Positions 8,470-17,733 of a DNA stretch of 34,823 bases are shown here, piece by piece. Made by a program: the position numbers and the translations under genes. The stretch's first letter is position 1, and each line of letters begins with the position of its first letter. The DNA is taken from UHGV virus genome UHGV-0362719; one strand, written 5' to 3'. The notes beneath the pieces were generated by a model, which saw only the letters and a list, made by a program, of their open reading frames with translations, did not search any database and was not told the DNA's origin. Source of the stretch: a virus.

Positions 8470-8575
8470 CGCGCGTAAGATAAACAGAAGAGCGAAGGAT
8501 TATGGTTGAGTATTTGTGTTTTTGTACATATGATAAAAAGGTGTTTACGCTTAAAAACACATCAAAGGAGATGAT

Positions 8576-9877
8576 ATGGAAAATATAAAGATTGATAAGT
8601 TTCTCACTATTCAAAAAGTTGATATTCCTCTTAAGAAAGTGAATATATTTATTGGGCCTCAGGCACAGGGGAAAAGTGTCATTGCAAAGCTAATAAAATA
8701 TTTTAAAGATTACCCTATGGATATACTACGAGCTTCAACAGAGGGTAAAACTAAAAGAGATATATTGAAGGAGCAAAAGAATAAGTTTAGTAAAATTTTC
8801 CCTCAGCAGTATTGGGCTGATGATGAGTTTTTTATTGAGTATAGTAATAAGCACTATTGGGTGCGGATTACTAATCGAAAAGATAGCAAAGGGTCATTGA
8901 AAATAACCCTTTCTGAGAATTTAACGAAGACGATTGCTAAACTTCGTTTGATTGTACGAAAGGATTTAGATGAAAATATTGAGAATTCACTTGCAGAAAG
9001 CGTTACGAGAAGACGTAAACGCGGAATTGAACATGAATTGCGAGTATGTCTTTCTCTAGGATTGTTTTCAGAACCAGAAACAAAGCTTGAAAGTGTTTTT
9101 TATATCCCCGCAGGGCGCTCTTTTTTTGCTAACTTGCAAAAAAATGTGTTTTCATTTTTATCCAGTAGTATAGAAATTGACTACTTTTTGACAGAGTTTG
9201 GTTCTCTGTATGAACAAACAAAAAAATTATTTAGCCAAGATTACATGATTAGGATGCTTAGGGGGGCTGTGCCTCAACATGTTAATAAGCTTGTGGAGGA
9301 GTTGATTTGCGGAAAATATATAACAGAAAAGGGTGAGGATTTTATTCGTCATGCTGCTAAAAAGACGAATCTTAACAACTCGAGCTCAGGGCAGCAAGAA
9401 GCGTTACCAATGGCTTTAATGTTATCCTCATGGCCGTATTTACAGTCTATGACTAGTAAGAGTTTTATTATTGAGGAGCCGGAGGCTCATCTGTTTCCTT
9501 CTGCCCAAGCAAAAGTTGTATCTTTAATAGCCTCAGCGTATAACCAAGCAGAAAGCTATTGTAGCTATACAATAACAACACATAGCCCATATATTCTAAG
9601 TGCCTTCAATAATTTGATTCAAGCAGGTAATGCATTGAAGTGTATTAAGGGCAAGAATAATGCCGATATCGAACGCTTATATAAGCTTGTTCCAGAGTCT
9701 CAAATTATTGATTTTGATGATGTGACAGCTTATATGGTTAATGCTGGGAAAGTGACGGAAATACTGGATTCCGAACTAAATATATTAGATGCGAATGAAA
9801 TAGATAGGATTTCCTCTATTTTTTCAGAGACTTTTGATGCATTGATTGATATCGAATATTCGGCTACTGTGAATTAG
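8576..9877 (+). CDS. ABC-type (OLD/SMC/RecF-like AAA_15/AAA_21-type) ATPase, candidate defence protein
   Basis: 433 aa, strong AAGGAG RBS. Seen motifs: Walker A GPQAQGKS; signature-like SSGQQ; Walker B/D-loop FIIEEPEAHLFP; H-loop TTHSP. No TOPRIM-like C-terminal domain evident. Very low GC relative to the backbone. Confidence 0.8.
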   Translation: MENIKIDKFLTIQKVDIPLKKVNIFIGPQAQGKSVIAKLIKYFKDYPMDILRASTEGKTKRDILKEQKNKFSKIFPQQYWADDEFFIEYSNKHYWVRITNRKDSKGSLKITLSENLTKTIAKLRLIVRKDLDENIENSLAESVTRRRKRGIEHELRVCLSLGLFSEPETKLESVFYIPAGRSFFANLQKNVFSFLSSSIEIDYFLTEFGSLYEQTKKLFSQDYMIRMLRGAVPQHVNKLVEELICGKYITEKGEDFIRHAAKKTNLNNSSSGQQEALPMALMLSSWPYLQSMTSKSFIIEEPEAHLFPSAQAKVVSLIASAYNQAESYCSYTITTHSPYILSAFNNLIQAGNALKCIKGKNNADIERLYKLVPESQIIDFDDVTAYMVNAGKVTEILDSELNILDANEIDRISSIFSETFDALIDIEYSATVN

Positions 9878-9885
9878 GTGATTGA

Positions 9886-10323
9886 ATGTGTAAAAATTGC
9901 AAAGGAAAAACAAAAAATAAAATCATTGTGCTATCTGATAAAGGAACGTCAACGCAATTGTCAGTCATAAATGATAATGAGTTGGAGGTTGAGCATAAGT
10001 TAATAGATGGTTGCGCTATTGTTGTTGGGGAGCGGTGTGATCATTATTTGAAGATTTATAACAATCAGGATGTTTCACATCTTTTTGTTGAACTTAAAGG
10101 AAGTGATGTTGAAAAAGCTGTTAAACAGATAGTGACAACTTTAAAGTCAGGTGTGATTAATGTAGGTGCTAAAGAAAAAAAACATGGTGCTATTGTTAGC
10201 ACTAGGAATCCGCTAAACTCAACAGAAACCAATAAGTTAAAGAAGAAAATTCTTTTGAGTGACGGAGTGAATTTGCATTTCTATAAAATGAAGGCGCAGC
10301 AAAAAATAACTTCTTTTACATGA
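9886..10323 (+). CDS. Small partner protein of the ABC ATPase (145 aa), possible nuclease-like effector
   Basis: Starts 9 bp after the ATPase stop, same strand (operon). N-terminal CKNCKGK (CxxC); possible D...ExK arrangement (ERCDHY ... LFVELKG). Nuclease assignment is inference only. Confidence 0.6.
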   Translation: MCKNCKGKTKNKIIVLSDKGTSTQLSVINDNELEVEHKLIDGCAIVVGERCDHYLKIYNNQDVSHLFVELKGSDVEKAVKQIVTTLKSGVINVGAKEKKHGAIVSTRNPLNSTETNKLKKKILLSDGVNLHFYKMKAQQKITSFT

Positions 10324-10336
10324 AGTGTTCTCTTGT

Positions 10337-10360
10337 ACAGGCATGCATTTGCATGCCTGT
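10337..10360 (+). terminator. Palindromic hairpin after the ATPase cassette
   Basis: Seen: ACAGGCATGCA-TT-TGCATGCCTGT near-perfect palindrome 14 bp after the 10323 stop, followed by a weak T-rich stretch. Confidence 0.4.
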
Positions 10361-10426
10361 CGTGTAATCTTTTACACTATATTTGTGTTGGTTCTAATCT
10401 TGTTATGTGTTTGTTTCGGTGATGGA

Positions 10427-11446
10427 TCATAATGAATAAGTTCGAAAGCGAAATACATCTTCGCCAACCCAACAGTTAATTTCTTTACATCGCTCTTGGA
10501 GGAACGTTAGCTCGTTGCGTACAAAGACTTGTGCTGCTTTTGTTACATCTCCAAATCCTCCTGTGTTGTTGGGCATCATTCCTATCATTTGGGGAGGCAC
10601 GCGATGAGCACTCATTAGATCTTCAGCACTTGCTTTTTTGATATTAAAAAAATCGTCCTTCGTTGCCACTTCACTGAGCGGGATAATTTTAATGCCGTCG
10701 GCTTTCCCCTGCGGGGCATAGAGAAACAGATTTTTAAAGTTATTGCGGCCTTTCGACTTAACCATGTTTTCGCGAAGCATTTCGATATCGTTGCGATCCT
10801 GCACGGCATCGGTGACGTACATGATGTATCCGGCATGTGCGCCATTTTCGTAATACTTGCGGCGGAACAGCGTGGCTGATTCATTCAGCCAGGCAGAGTT
10901 AAGGGCGCTGAGATACTCCGGCAGGCCGTACAGCTCCTGATTAATATCCGGCTCCAGCAGGTGAAACACGGAGCCGGGCGCGAAAGGTGTCGGCTCGTTG
11001 AAGGACGGCACCCACCAGTAAACATCCTCCTCCACGCCACGGCGGGTATATTTTGCCGGTGAGGTTTCCAGTCTGATGACCTTACCGGTGGTGCTGTAAC
11101 GCTTTTCCAGAAACGCATTACCGAATACCAGAAAATCCAGCACAAAGCGGCTGAAATCCTGCTGAGAAAGCCACGGGTGTGGGATAAACGTTGAGGCCAG
11201 AATGTTACGTTTGACGTAAATCGGTGAGCTGTGATGCACGGCAGCACGCAGGCTTTTTGCCAGACCGGTAAAGCTGACTGGTGGCTCATACCATCTGCCG
11301 TTACTGATGCACTCGACGTAATCCAGAATGTCACGGCGGTCGAGTACCGGCACCGGCTCACCAAAGGTGAATGCCTCCATTTTCGGGGCGCTGGCGGTCA
11401 TTTTTTTTGCCGCAGGTTGCGGTGTTTTCCCTTTTTTCTTGCTCAT
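10427..11446 (-). CDS. Q: Portal protein Q
   Basis: 339 aa (P2 Q about 344 aa), leftward, immediately downstream of P with overlapping stop/start; synteny. Confidence 0.9.
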   Translation of the reverse strand: MSKKKGKTPQPAAKKMTASAPKMEAFTFGEPVPVLDRRDILDYVECISNGRWYEPPVSFTGLAKSLRAAVHHSSPIYVKRNILASTFIPHPWLSQQDFSRFVLDFLVFGNAFLEKRYSTTGKVIRLETSPAKYTRRGVEEDVYWWVPSFNEPTPFAPGSVFHLLEPDINQELYGLPEYLSALNSAWLNESATLFRRKYYENGAHAGYIMYVTDAVQDRNDIEMLRENMVKSKGRNNFKNLFLYAPQGKADGIKIIPLSEVATKDDFFNIKKASAEDLMSAHRVPPQMIGMMPNNTGGFGDVTKAAQVFVRNELTFLQERCKEINCWVGEDVFRFRTYSL

Positions 11447-13218
11447 CAGTAAAACTCCAGAATGGTGGATGTCAGCGGGGTGCTGATACCGGCGGTGAGT
11501 GGCTCATTTAACAGGGCGTGCATGGTCGCCCAGGCGAGGTCGGCGTGGCTGGCTTCCTCGCTACGGCTGGCCTCATAGGTGGCGCTGCGTCCGCTGCTGG
11601 TCATGGTCTTGCGGATAGCCATGAACGAGCTGGTGATGTCGGTGGCGCTGACGTCATATTCCAGACAGCCACGGCGGATGACGTCTTTTGCCTTGAGCAC
11701 CATTGCGGTTTTCATTTCCGGCGTGTAGCGGATATCGCGCGCGGCGGGATAGAACGAGCGCACGAGCTGGAACACGCCGACACCGAGGCCGGTGGCATCA
11801 ATTCCGATGTATTCGACGTTGTATTTTTCGGTGAGTTTGCGGATGGATTCCGCCTGAGTGGCAAAGTCCATGCCTTTCCACTGGTGACGCTCAAGTATTC
11901 TGAATTTACCTCCGGCCACCACCGGCGGTGCCAGCACCACGCATCCGGCGCTGTCGCCACGGTGTGACGGGTCGTAACCAATCCATACCGGGCGGGAGCC
12001 GAACGGATTGGCGGCAAACGGCGCATAGTCTTCCCATTCTTCCAGCGTGTCGACCATGCAGCGTTGCAGCTCCTCGAACGGGAATACCGACGCCTTGTCG
12101 TCAACAAATTCACACATGAACAGGTTTTTAAAATCGTCGGCGCTGTTTTCGCGTTTGAGCTGCTCAATGTCGAACAGCGTGCAGCCGCCTTTCAGGGCGT
12201 CCTCAATGGTGACAATCTGCCGCCACTGGCCGTCCGCACAGAGAAGCCCACCGGCAAGGGCGTTATGACTGACGTCGATTTCCACGCGTTCGGCGGCGCT
12301 GGCGCGTCCCCGGTTAAACAGTTCACCCGACCAGAACGGGTAGGCGTCGTGCGCCAGCGTGGACGGGGTGGAGAAATAGGTCGAGCGCAGGTGACTCTGT
12401 GAGGCCATACCTGATGCCACCTTACGCAGTACCTGAAAATTCGGGATCCAGAAAATCTCGTCGACGTACAGGTCGCCGTTATGGCTCTGCGCGGTGTTGG
12501 AGTTGGTGCCGAGAAAAATCAGTTTTGCGCCGTTATTGCCCAGGACAATCGGGTCACCGGTCAGGTCAACGTCAACCAGCCGGGCAAAGGCGATGATGTA
12601 TTCGCGGAACACATACGCCTGCGTTTTACTGGCCGACAGAAAAATCTGGTTATGACCGGTTTTCAGGGCACGCAGCAGCGCCTCGCGGGAAAAATAAAAC
12701 GTTGCGCCAATCTGGCGGGATTTCAGGATATCGCGGATGCGGTGCTCAAGCCCGGCGCGATACCAGTGCAACTGATAGTCGAAAGACTGCTCAAAGAAAA
12801 TCTGCTCCAGCTTTTCGATGGCTTCGTCGCTGAAAAAATTCTTTTTCGGTTTGCGCCGCCCGCCTTTGTTGCGGTTAGCGATGTTCGGATTAAGGTCTGC
12901 CTCGTTGCCGGTCTGACTGTAGCGGTTGACCCGTGCCAGTCGTTCAATCTGGCGTCCCAGCAGGTCAATTTCCTTGAAGTCACCGCCGGTTTTCTGCGGT
13001 TTGATGATGAGCTGGGTCAGCCGCGCTTCCAGACTCATTTCGACACGGCTGATGGGGGCAACGCTGTCCCAGCCGTCGCGCTGTTTCCAGCTCTGCACCG
13101 TCGGGCGTTTCATCTGCAACATGGCGGCAATCTGCGGCACGGAAAACCCCTGCCAGTACAGCAGCGCCGCCTGACGACGCGGGTCGTGTAAAAGAGTGGT
13201 GTCTGTGGTGATGGTCAT
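11446..13218 (-). CDS. P: Terminase large (ATPase) subunit P
   Basis: Track ORF 11446-13248 (600 aa); start MTITTDTT gives 590 aa, the same as P2 P. Leftward, divergent from O. Confidence 0.9.
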   Translation of the reverse strand: MTITTDTTLLHDPRRQAALLYWQGFSVPQIAAMLQMKRPTVQSWKQRDGWDSVAPISRVEMSLEARLTQLIIKPQKTGGDFKEIDLLGRQIERLARVNRYSQTGNEADLNPNIANRNKGGRRKPKKNFFSDEAIEKLEQIFFEQSFDYQLHWYRAGLEHRIRDILKSRQIGATFYFSREALLRALKTGHNQIFLSASKTQAYVFREYIIAFARLVDVDLTGDPIVLGNNGAKLIFLGTNSNTAQSHNGDLYVDEIFWIPNFQVLRKVASGMASQSHLRSTYFSTPSTLAHDAYPFWSGELFNRGRASAAERVEIDVSHNALAGGLLCADGQWRQIVTIEDALKGGCTLFDIEQLKRENSADDFKNLFMCEFVDDKASVFPFEELQRCMVDTLEEWEDYAPFAANPFGSRPVWIGYDPSHRGDSAGCVVLAPPVVAGGKFRILERHQWKGMDFATQAESIRKLTEKYNVEYIGIDATGLGVGVFQLVRSFYPAARDIRYTPEMKTAMVLKAKDVIRRGCLEYDVSATDITSSFMAIRKTMTSSGRSATYEASRSEEASHADLAWATMHALLNEPLTAGISTPLTSTILEFY

Positions 13219-13391
13219 GAATACCTCGCCGTGATGAATACACGGCAAGGCTACTGAGTCGCGCCCCGCGATTCGCTAAGGTGCTGTTGTGTCAGTGATA
13301 AGCCATCCGGGACTGATGGCGGAGGATGCGCATCGTCGGGAAACTGATGCCGACATGTGACTCCTCTAATCACTATTCAGGACTCCTGACA

Positions 13392-14246
13392 ATGGCAAAA
13401 AAAGTCTCAAAATTCTTTCGTATCGGCGTTGAGGGTGACACCTGTGACGGGCGTGTCATCAGTGCGCAGGATATTCAGGAAATGGCCGAAACCTTTGACC
13501 CGCGTGTCTATGGTTGCCGCATTAACCTGGAACATCTGCGCGGCATCCTGCCTGACGGTATTTTTAAGCGTTATGGCGATGTGGCCGAACTGAAGGCCGA
13601 AAAGATTGACGATGATTCGGCGCTGAAAGGCAAATGGGCGCTGTTTGCGAAAATCACCCCGACCGATGACCTTATCGCGATGAACAAGGCCGCGCAGAAG
13701 GTCTATACCTCAATGGAAATTCAGCCGAACTTTGCCAATACAGGCAAATGTTATCTGGTGGGGCTGGCCGTCACCGATGACCCGGCAAGCCTCGGCACGG
13801 AATACCTGGAATTCTGCCGCACGGCAAAACACAACCCCCTGAACCGCTTCAAATTAAGCCCTGAAAACCTGATTTCAGTGGCAACGCCTGTTGAGCTGGA
13901 ATTTGAAGACCTGCCTGAAACCGTGTTCACCGCCCTGACCGAAAAGGTGAAATCCATTTTTGGCCGCAAACAGGCCAGCGATGACGCCCGTCTGAATGAC
14001 GTGCATGAAGCGGTGACCGCTGTTGCTGAACATGTGCAGGAAAAACTGAGCGCCACTGAGCAGCGCCTCGCTGAGATGGAAACCGCCTTTTCCGCACTTA
14101 AGCAGGATGTGACTGACAGGGCGGATGAAACCAGCCAGGCATTCACCCGCCTGAAAAACAGTCTCGACCACACCGAAAGTCTGACCCAGCAGCGCCGCAG
14201 CAAAGCCACCGGCGGTGGCGGTGACGCCCTGATGACGAACTGCTGA
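13392..14246 (+). CDS. O: Capsid scaffolding protein O
   Basis: Track ORF 13326-14246; start MAKKVSKFF at 13392 gives 284 aa (same as P2 O); coiled-coil-like C-terminus. Confidence 0.85.
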   Translation: MAKKVSKFFRIGVEGDTCDGRVISAQDIQEMAETFDPRVYGCRINLEHLRGILPDGIFKRYGDVAELKAEKIDDDSALKGKWALFAKITPTDDLIAMNKAAQKVYTSMEIQPNFANTGKCYLVGLAVTDDPASLGTEYLEFCRTAKHNPLNRFKLSPENLISVATPVELEFEDLPETVFTALTEKVKSIFGRKQASDDARLNDVHEAVTAVAEHVQEKLSATEQRLAEMETAFSALKQDVTDRADETSQAFTRLKNSLDHTESLTQQRRSKATGGGGDALMTNC

Positions 14247-14304
14247 CCGGCGTCAGTCAGTCCGGGAAAACCTTCACGATTAACCCTTAATTTCAGGAAA
14301 AACT

Positions 14305-15378
14305 ATGCGCCAGGAAACCCGCTTTAAATTTAATGCCTACCTGTCCCGTGTTGCCGAACTGAACGGCATCGACGCCGGTGATGTGTCGAAAAAATTCACC
14401 GTTGAACCGTCGGTCACCCAGACCCTGATGAACACCATGCAGGAGTCCTCTGACTTTCTGACCCGCATCAACATTGTGCCGGTCAGCGAAATGAAAGGGG
14501 AAAAAATTGGTATTGGTGTCACCGGCTCCATCGCCAGCACCACCGACACCGCCGGTGGCACCGAGCGTCAGCCGAAGGACTTCTCGAAGCTGGCGTCAAA
14601 CAAGTACGAATGCGACCAGATTAACTTCGATTTTTATATCCGCTACAAAACGCTGGACCTGTGGGCGCGTTATCAGGATTTCCAGCTCCGTGTCCGTAAC
14701 GCCATTATCAAACGCCAGTCCCTTGATTTCATCATGGCCGGTTTTAACGGCGTGAAGCGTGCCGAAACCTCTGACCGCAGCAGCAATCCGATGCTGCAGG
14801 ATGTGGCGGTCGGCTGGCTGCAGAAATACCGCAATGAAGCCCCGGCGCGCGTGATGAGCAAGGTCACTGACGAGGAAGGGCACACCACCTCTGAGGTCAT
14901 CCGCGTGGGTAAGGGCGGTGATTATGCCAGCCTTGATGCACTGGTGATGGATGCGACCAACAACCTGATTGAGCCGTGGTATCAGGAAGACCCTGACCTT
15001 GTGGTGATTGTGGGACGTCAGCTACTGGCGGACAAGTATTTTCCCATCGTCAACAAGGAGCAGGACAACAGCGAAATGCTGGCCGCTGACGTCATCATCA
15101 GCCAGAAACGCATCGGCAACCTGCCAGCGGTACGCGTCCCGTACTTCCCGGCGGATGCGATGCTCATCACGAAGCTGGAAAACCTGTCCATCTACTACAT
15201 GGATGACAGCCATCGCCGCGTGATTGTGGAAAACCCGAAACTCGACCGCGTGGAGAACTACGAGTCAATGAACATTGATTACGTGGTGGAAGACTACGCC
15301 GCCGGTTGTCTGGTGGAAAAAATTAAGGTCGGTGATTTCTCCACACCGGCCAGGGCGACCGCAGAGCCGGGAGCGTGA
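14305..15378 (+). CDS. N: Major capsid protein N
   Basis: 357 aa (same as P2 N), follows the scaffold gene. Confidence 0.9.
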   Translation: MRQETRFKFNAYLSRVAELNGIDAGDVSKKFTVEPSVTQTLMNTMQESSDFLTRINIVPVSEMKGEKIGIGVTGSIASTTDTAGGTERQPKDFSKLASNKYECDQINFDFYIRYKTLDLWARYQDFQLRVRNAIIKRQSLDFIMAGFNGVKRAETSDRSSNPMLQDVAVGWLQKYRNEAPARVMSKVTDEEGHTTSEVIRVGKGGDYASLDALVMDATNNLIEPWYQEDPDLVVIVGRQLLADKYFPIVNKEQDNSEMLAADVIISQKRIGNLPAVRVPYFPADAMLITKLENLSIYYMDDSHRRVIVENPKLDRVENYESMNIDYVVEDYAAGCLVEKIKVGDFSTPARATAEPGA

Positions 15379-15381
15379 CCG

Positions 15382-16125
15382 ATGACGAGTCCCGCACAGC
15401 GCCACATGATGCGGGTCTCGGCAGCGATGACCGCGCAGCGGGAAGCCGCCCCGCTGCGACATGCAACTGTCTATGAGCAGATGCTGGTCAAGCTGGCCGC
15501 AGACCAGCGCACACTGAAAGCGATTTATTCAAAAGAGCTGAAGGCCGCGAAAAAACGCGAACTGCTGCCGTTCTGGTTGCCGTGGGTGAACGGCGTGCTG
15601 GAGCAGGGCAAAGGTGCACAGGATGACATTCTGATGACGGTCATGCTGTGGCGTCTGGATACCGGCGATATTGCCGGTGCGCTGGAGATTGCCCGTTATG
15701 CCCTGAAGTACGGTCTGACCATGCCGGGTAAACACCGCCGCCCCCCGCCGTACATGTTCACCGAGGAGGTGGCGCTCGCGGCCATGCGTGCTCACGCTGC
15801 CGGTGAGTCTGTGGATACCCGCCTGCTGACGGAGACCATTGAACTGACCGCCACGGCTGACATGCCTGATGAAGTGCGCGCAAAGCTGCACAAAATCACC
15901 GGTCTGTTTCTGCGTGACGCTGGTGATGCCGCCGGTGCGCTGGCTCACCTGCAACGTGCGACACAGCTCGACTGTCAGGCAGGCGTCAAAAAAGAGATTG
16001 AACGACTGGAGCGGGAGCTGAAACCGAAGCCGGAGCCGCAGCCAAAAGCGGCCACCCGTACCCCGCGTAAGACCCGGAGCGTGACACCGGCAAAACGTGG
16101 ACGCCCGAAAAAGAAAGCCAGTTAA
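15382..16125 (+). CDS. M: Terminase small (endonuclease) subunit M
   Basis: 247 aa (same as P2 M); basic Lys/Arg/Pro-rich C-terminal tail. Confidence 0.85.
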   Translation: MTSPAQRHMMRVSAAMTAQREAAPLRHATVYEQMLVKLAADQRTLKAIYSKELKAAKKRELLPFWLPWVNGVLEQGKGAQDDILMTVMLWRLDTGDIAGALEIARYALKYGLTMPGKHRRPPPYMFTEEVALAAMRAHAAGESVDTRLLTETIELTATADMPDEVRAKLHKITGLFLRDAGDAAGALAHLQRATQLDCQAGVKKEIERLERELKPKPEPQPKAATRTPRKTRSVTPAKRGRPKKKAS

Positions 16126-16224
16126 CAACCGAATGCGCCCCGCGCCAGGGCGGCACGCCGGTCAGTGAGGGTGAATTACCTGACATTGCACCGGCGTCCA
16201 CCGCCCGACTTTTCAGAGGTAGTC

Positions 16225-16734
16225 ATGATGACGCTGATTATTCCGCGAAAGGAGGCTCCCGTGTCCGGTGAGGGTACGGTGGTCATCCCGCAACCGGCAG
16301 GCGACGAGCCGGTGATTAAAAACACGTTCTTTTTTCCCGATATCGACCCGAAGCGCGTCCGGGAACGTATGCGCCTTGAGCAGACCGTCGCCCCCGCCCG
16401 TCTGCGTGAGGCCATCAAGTCAGGCATGGCGGAGACGAATGCGGAGCTGTACGAGTACCGCGAACAGAAAATTGCCGCCGGTTTTACGCGTCTGGCGGAC
16501 GTCCCGGCGGACGACATCGACGGTGAAAGCATCAAAGTTTTTTACTACGAGCGCGCCGTGTGTGCGATGGCGACCGCGTCGCTTTATGAGCGTTATCGCG
16601 GCGTGGATGCCAGTGCGAAAGGTGACAAGAAGGCTGACAGCATTGACAGCACCATTGATGAACTGTGGCGGGATATGCGCTGGGCGGTGGCGCGTATCCA
16701 GGACAAGCCGCGCTGCATCGTGAGTCAAATCTGA
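16225..16734 (+). CDS. L: Head completion/stabilisation protein L
   Basis: Track ORF 16165-16734; start MMTLIIP at 16225 with GAGGTAG RBS gives 169 aa (same as P2 L). Confidence 0.85.
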   Translation: MMTLIIPRKEAPVSGEGTVVIPQPAGDEPVIKNTFFFPDIDPKRVRERMRLEQTVAPARLREAIKSGMAETNAELYEYREQKIAAGFTRLADVPADDIDGESIKVFYYERAVCAMATASLYERYRGVDASAKGDKKADSIDSTIDELWRDMRWAVARIQDKPRCIVSQI

Positions 16735-16937
16735 TGAAGACCTTTGCGCTACAGGGCGACACGCTCGACGCCATTTGTGTCCGGTATTACGGGCGCACTG
16801 AGGGCGTGGTTGAGACCGTGCTCGTCGCAAATCCGGGACTGGCTGAACTGGGTGCGGTGCTGCCACATGGCACCGCCGTCGAACTGCCCGACGTTCAGAC
16901 CGCGCCCGTGGCTGAAACTGTCAATCTGTGGGAGTAA
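16734..16937 (+). CDS. X: Tail protein X (LysM-like)
   Basis: Track ORF 16665-16937; internal start MKTFALQGDTLDAICVRYYG gives 67 aa (same as P2 X); LysM-like sequence. Confidence 0.8.
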   Translation: MKTFALQGDTLDAICVRYYGRTEGVVETVLVANPGLAELGAVLPHGTAVELPDVQTAPVAETVNLWE

Positions 16938-16940
16938 CGC

Positions 16941-17222
16941 ATGACAGCAGAAGAAAAAAGCGTCCTGTCGCTTTTCATGATTGGGGTGCTGATTGTTGTC
17001 GGCAAGGTGCTTGCCGGTGGTGAACCCATCACCCCGCGTCTGTTTATCGGGCGCATGTTGCTCGGTGGTTTTGTCTCGATGGTTGCCGGTGTTGTTCTGG
17101 TGCAGTTTCCTGACCTGTCACTGCCTGCGGTTTGCGGCATCGGCTCCATGCTGGGTATCGCCGGTTATCAGGTGATTGAGATTGCCATTCAGCGCCGCTT
17201 TAAGGGCAGGGGGAAACCGTAA
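16941..17222 (+). CDS. Y: Holin Y
   Basis: 93 aa with hydrophobic transmembrane segments (LSLFMIGVLIVVGKVLAGG..., FVSMVAGVVLVQF), directly upstream of the endolysin. Confidence 0.85.
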   Translation: MTAEEKSVLSLFMIGVLIVVGKVLAGGEPITPRLFIGRMLLGGFVSMVAGVVLVQFPDLSLPAVCGIGSMLGIAGYQVIEIAIQRRFKGRGKP

Positions 17223-17719
17223 TGCCGGTAATTAACACGCACCAGAATATCGCCGCCTTTCTCGACATGCTGGCCGTGTCCGAAGGGACGGCGAATCATC
17301 CGCTGACGAAAAACCGGGGCTATGACGTGATAGTCACCGGACTGGACGGGAAGCCGGAAATTTTCACCGACTACAGTGACCACCCGTTCGCGCATGGCCG
17401 ACCGGCGAAGGTGTTTAACCGTCGCGGTGAAAAATCCACGGCCTCCGGTCGCTATCAGCAGCTTTACCTGTTCTGGCCGCACTACCGCAAACAGCTTGCC
17501 CTGCCTGATTTCAGTCCGTTGTCACAGGACAGACTCGCCATTCAGTTGATCCGCGAACGCGGTGCACTGGATGACATCCGGGCGGGACGCATTGAGCGCG
17601 CCATTTCACGCTGTCGCAATATCTGGGCGTCCCTGCCGGGTGCCGGTTACGGTCAGCGTGAGCATTCACTGGAAAAACTGGTCACCGTCTGGCGTACCGC
17701 TGGCGGCGTACCGGCTTAA
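17222..17719 (+). CDS. K: Endolysin (phage lysozyme) K
   Basis: 165 aa (same as P2 K); position between the holin and the lysA/B/C genes. Confidence 0.9.
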   Translation: MPVINTHQNIAAFLDMLAVSEGTANHPLTKNRGYDVIVTGLDGKPEIFTDYSDHPFAHGRPAKVFNRRGEKSTASGRYQQLYLFWPHYRKQLALPDFSPLSQDRLAIQLIRERGALDDIRAGRIERAISRCRNIWASLPGAGYGQREHSLEKLVTVWRTAGGVPA

Positions 17720-17733
17720 ACGGAGTAAACACC

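Noticed and set aside
8576-9877. Considered calling the 433-aa ATPase an orthologue of the P2 Old exonuclease
   Set aside because: Old is substantially longer (about 586 aa from memory) and carries a C-terminal TOPRIM nuclease domain. This protein ends soon after the H-loop and no TOPRIM-like acidic motif is visible; the effector is more likely the separate 145-aa partner.
11518-13243. Multiple plus- and minus-frame ORFs overlapping terminase gene P (for example 11518-11967, 12481-13191, 11712-12167)
   Set aside because: Overlap a conserved 590-aa terminase ORF; low-complexity Arg/Ala/Gly-rich translations; no independent start signals.
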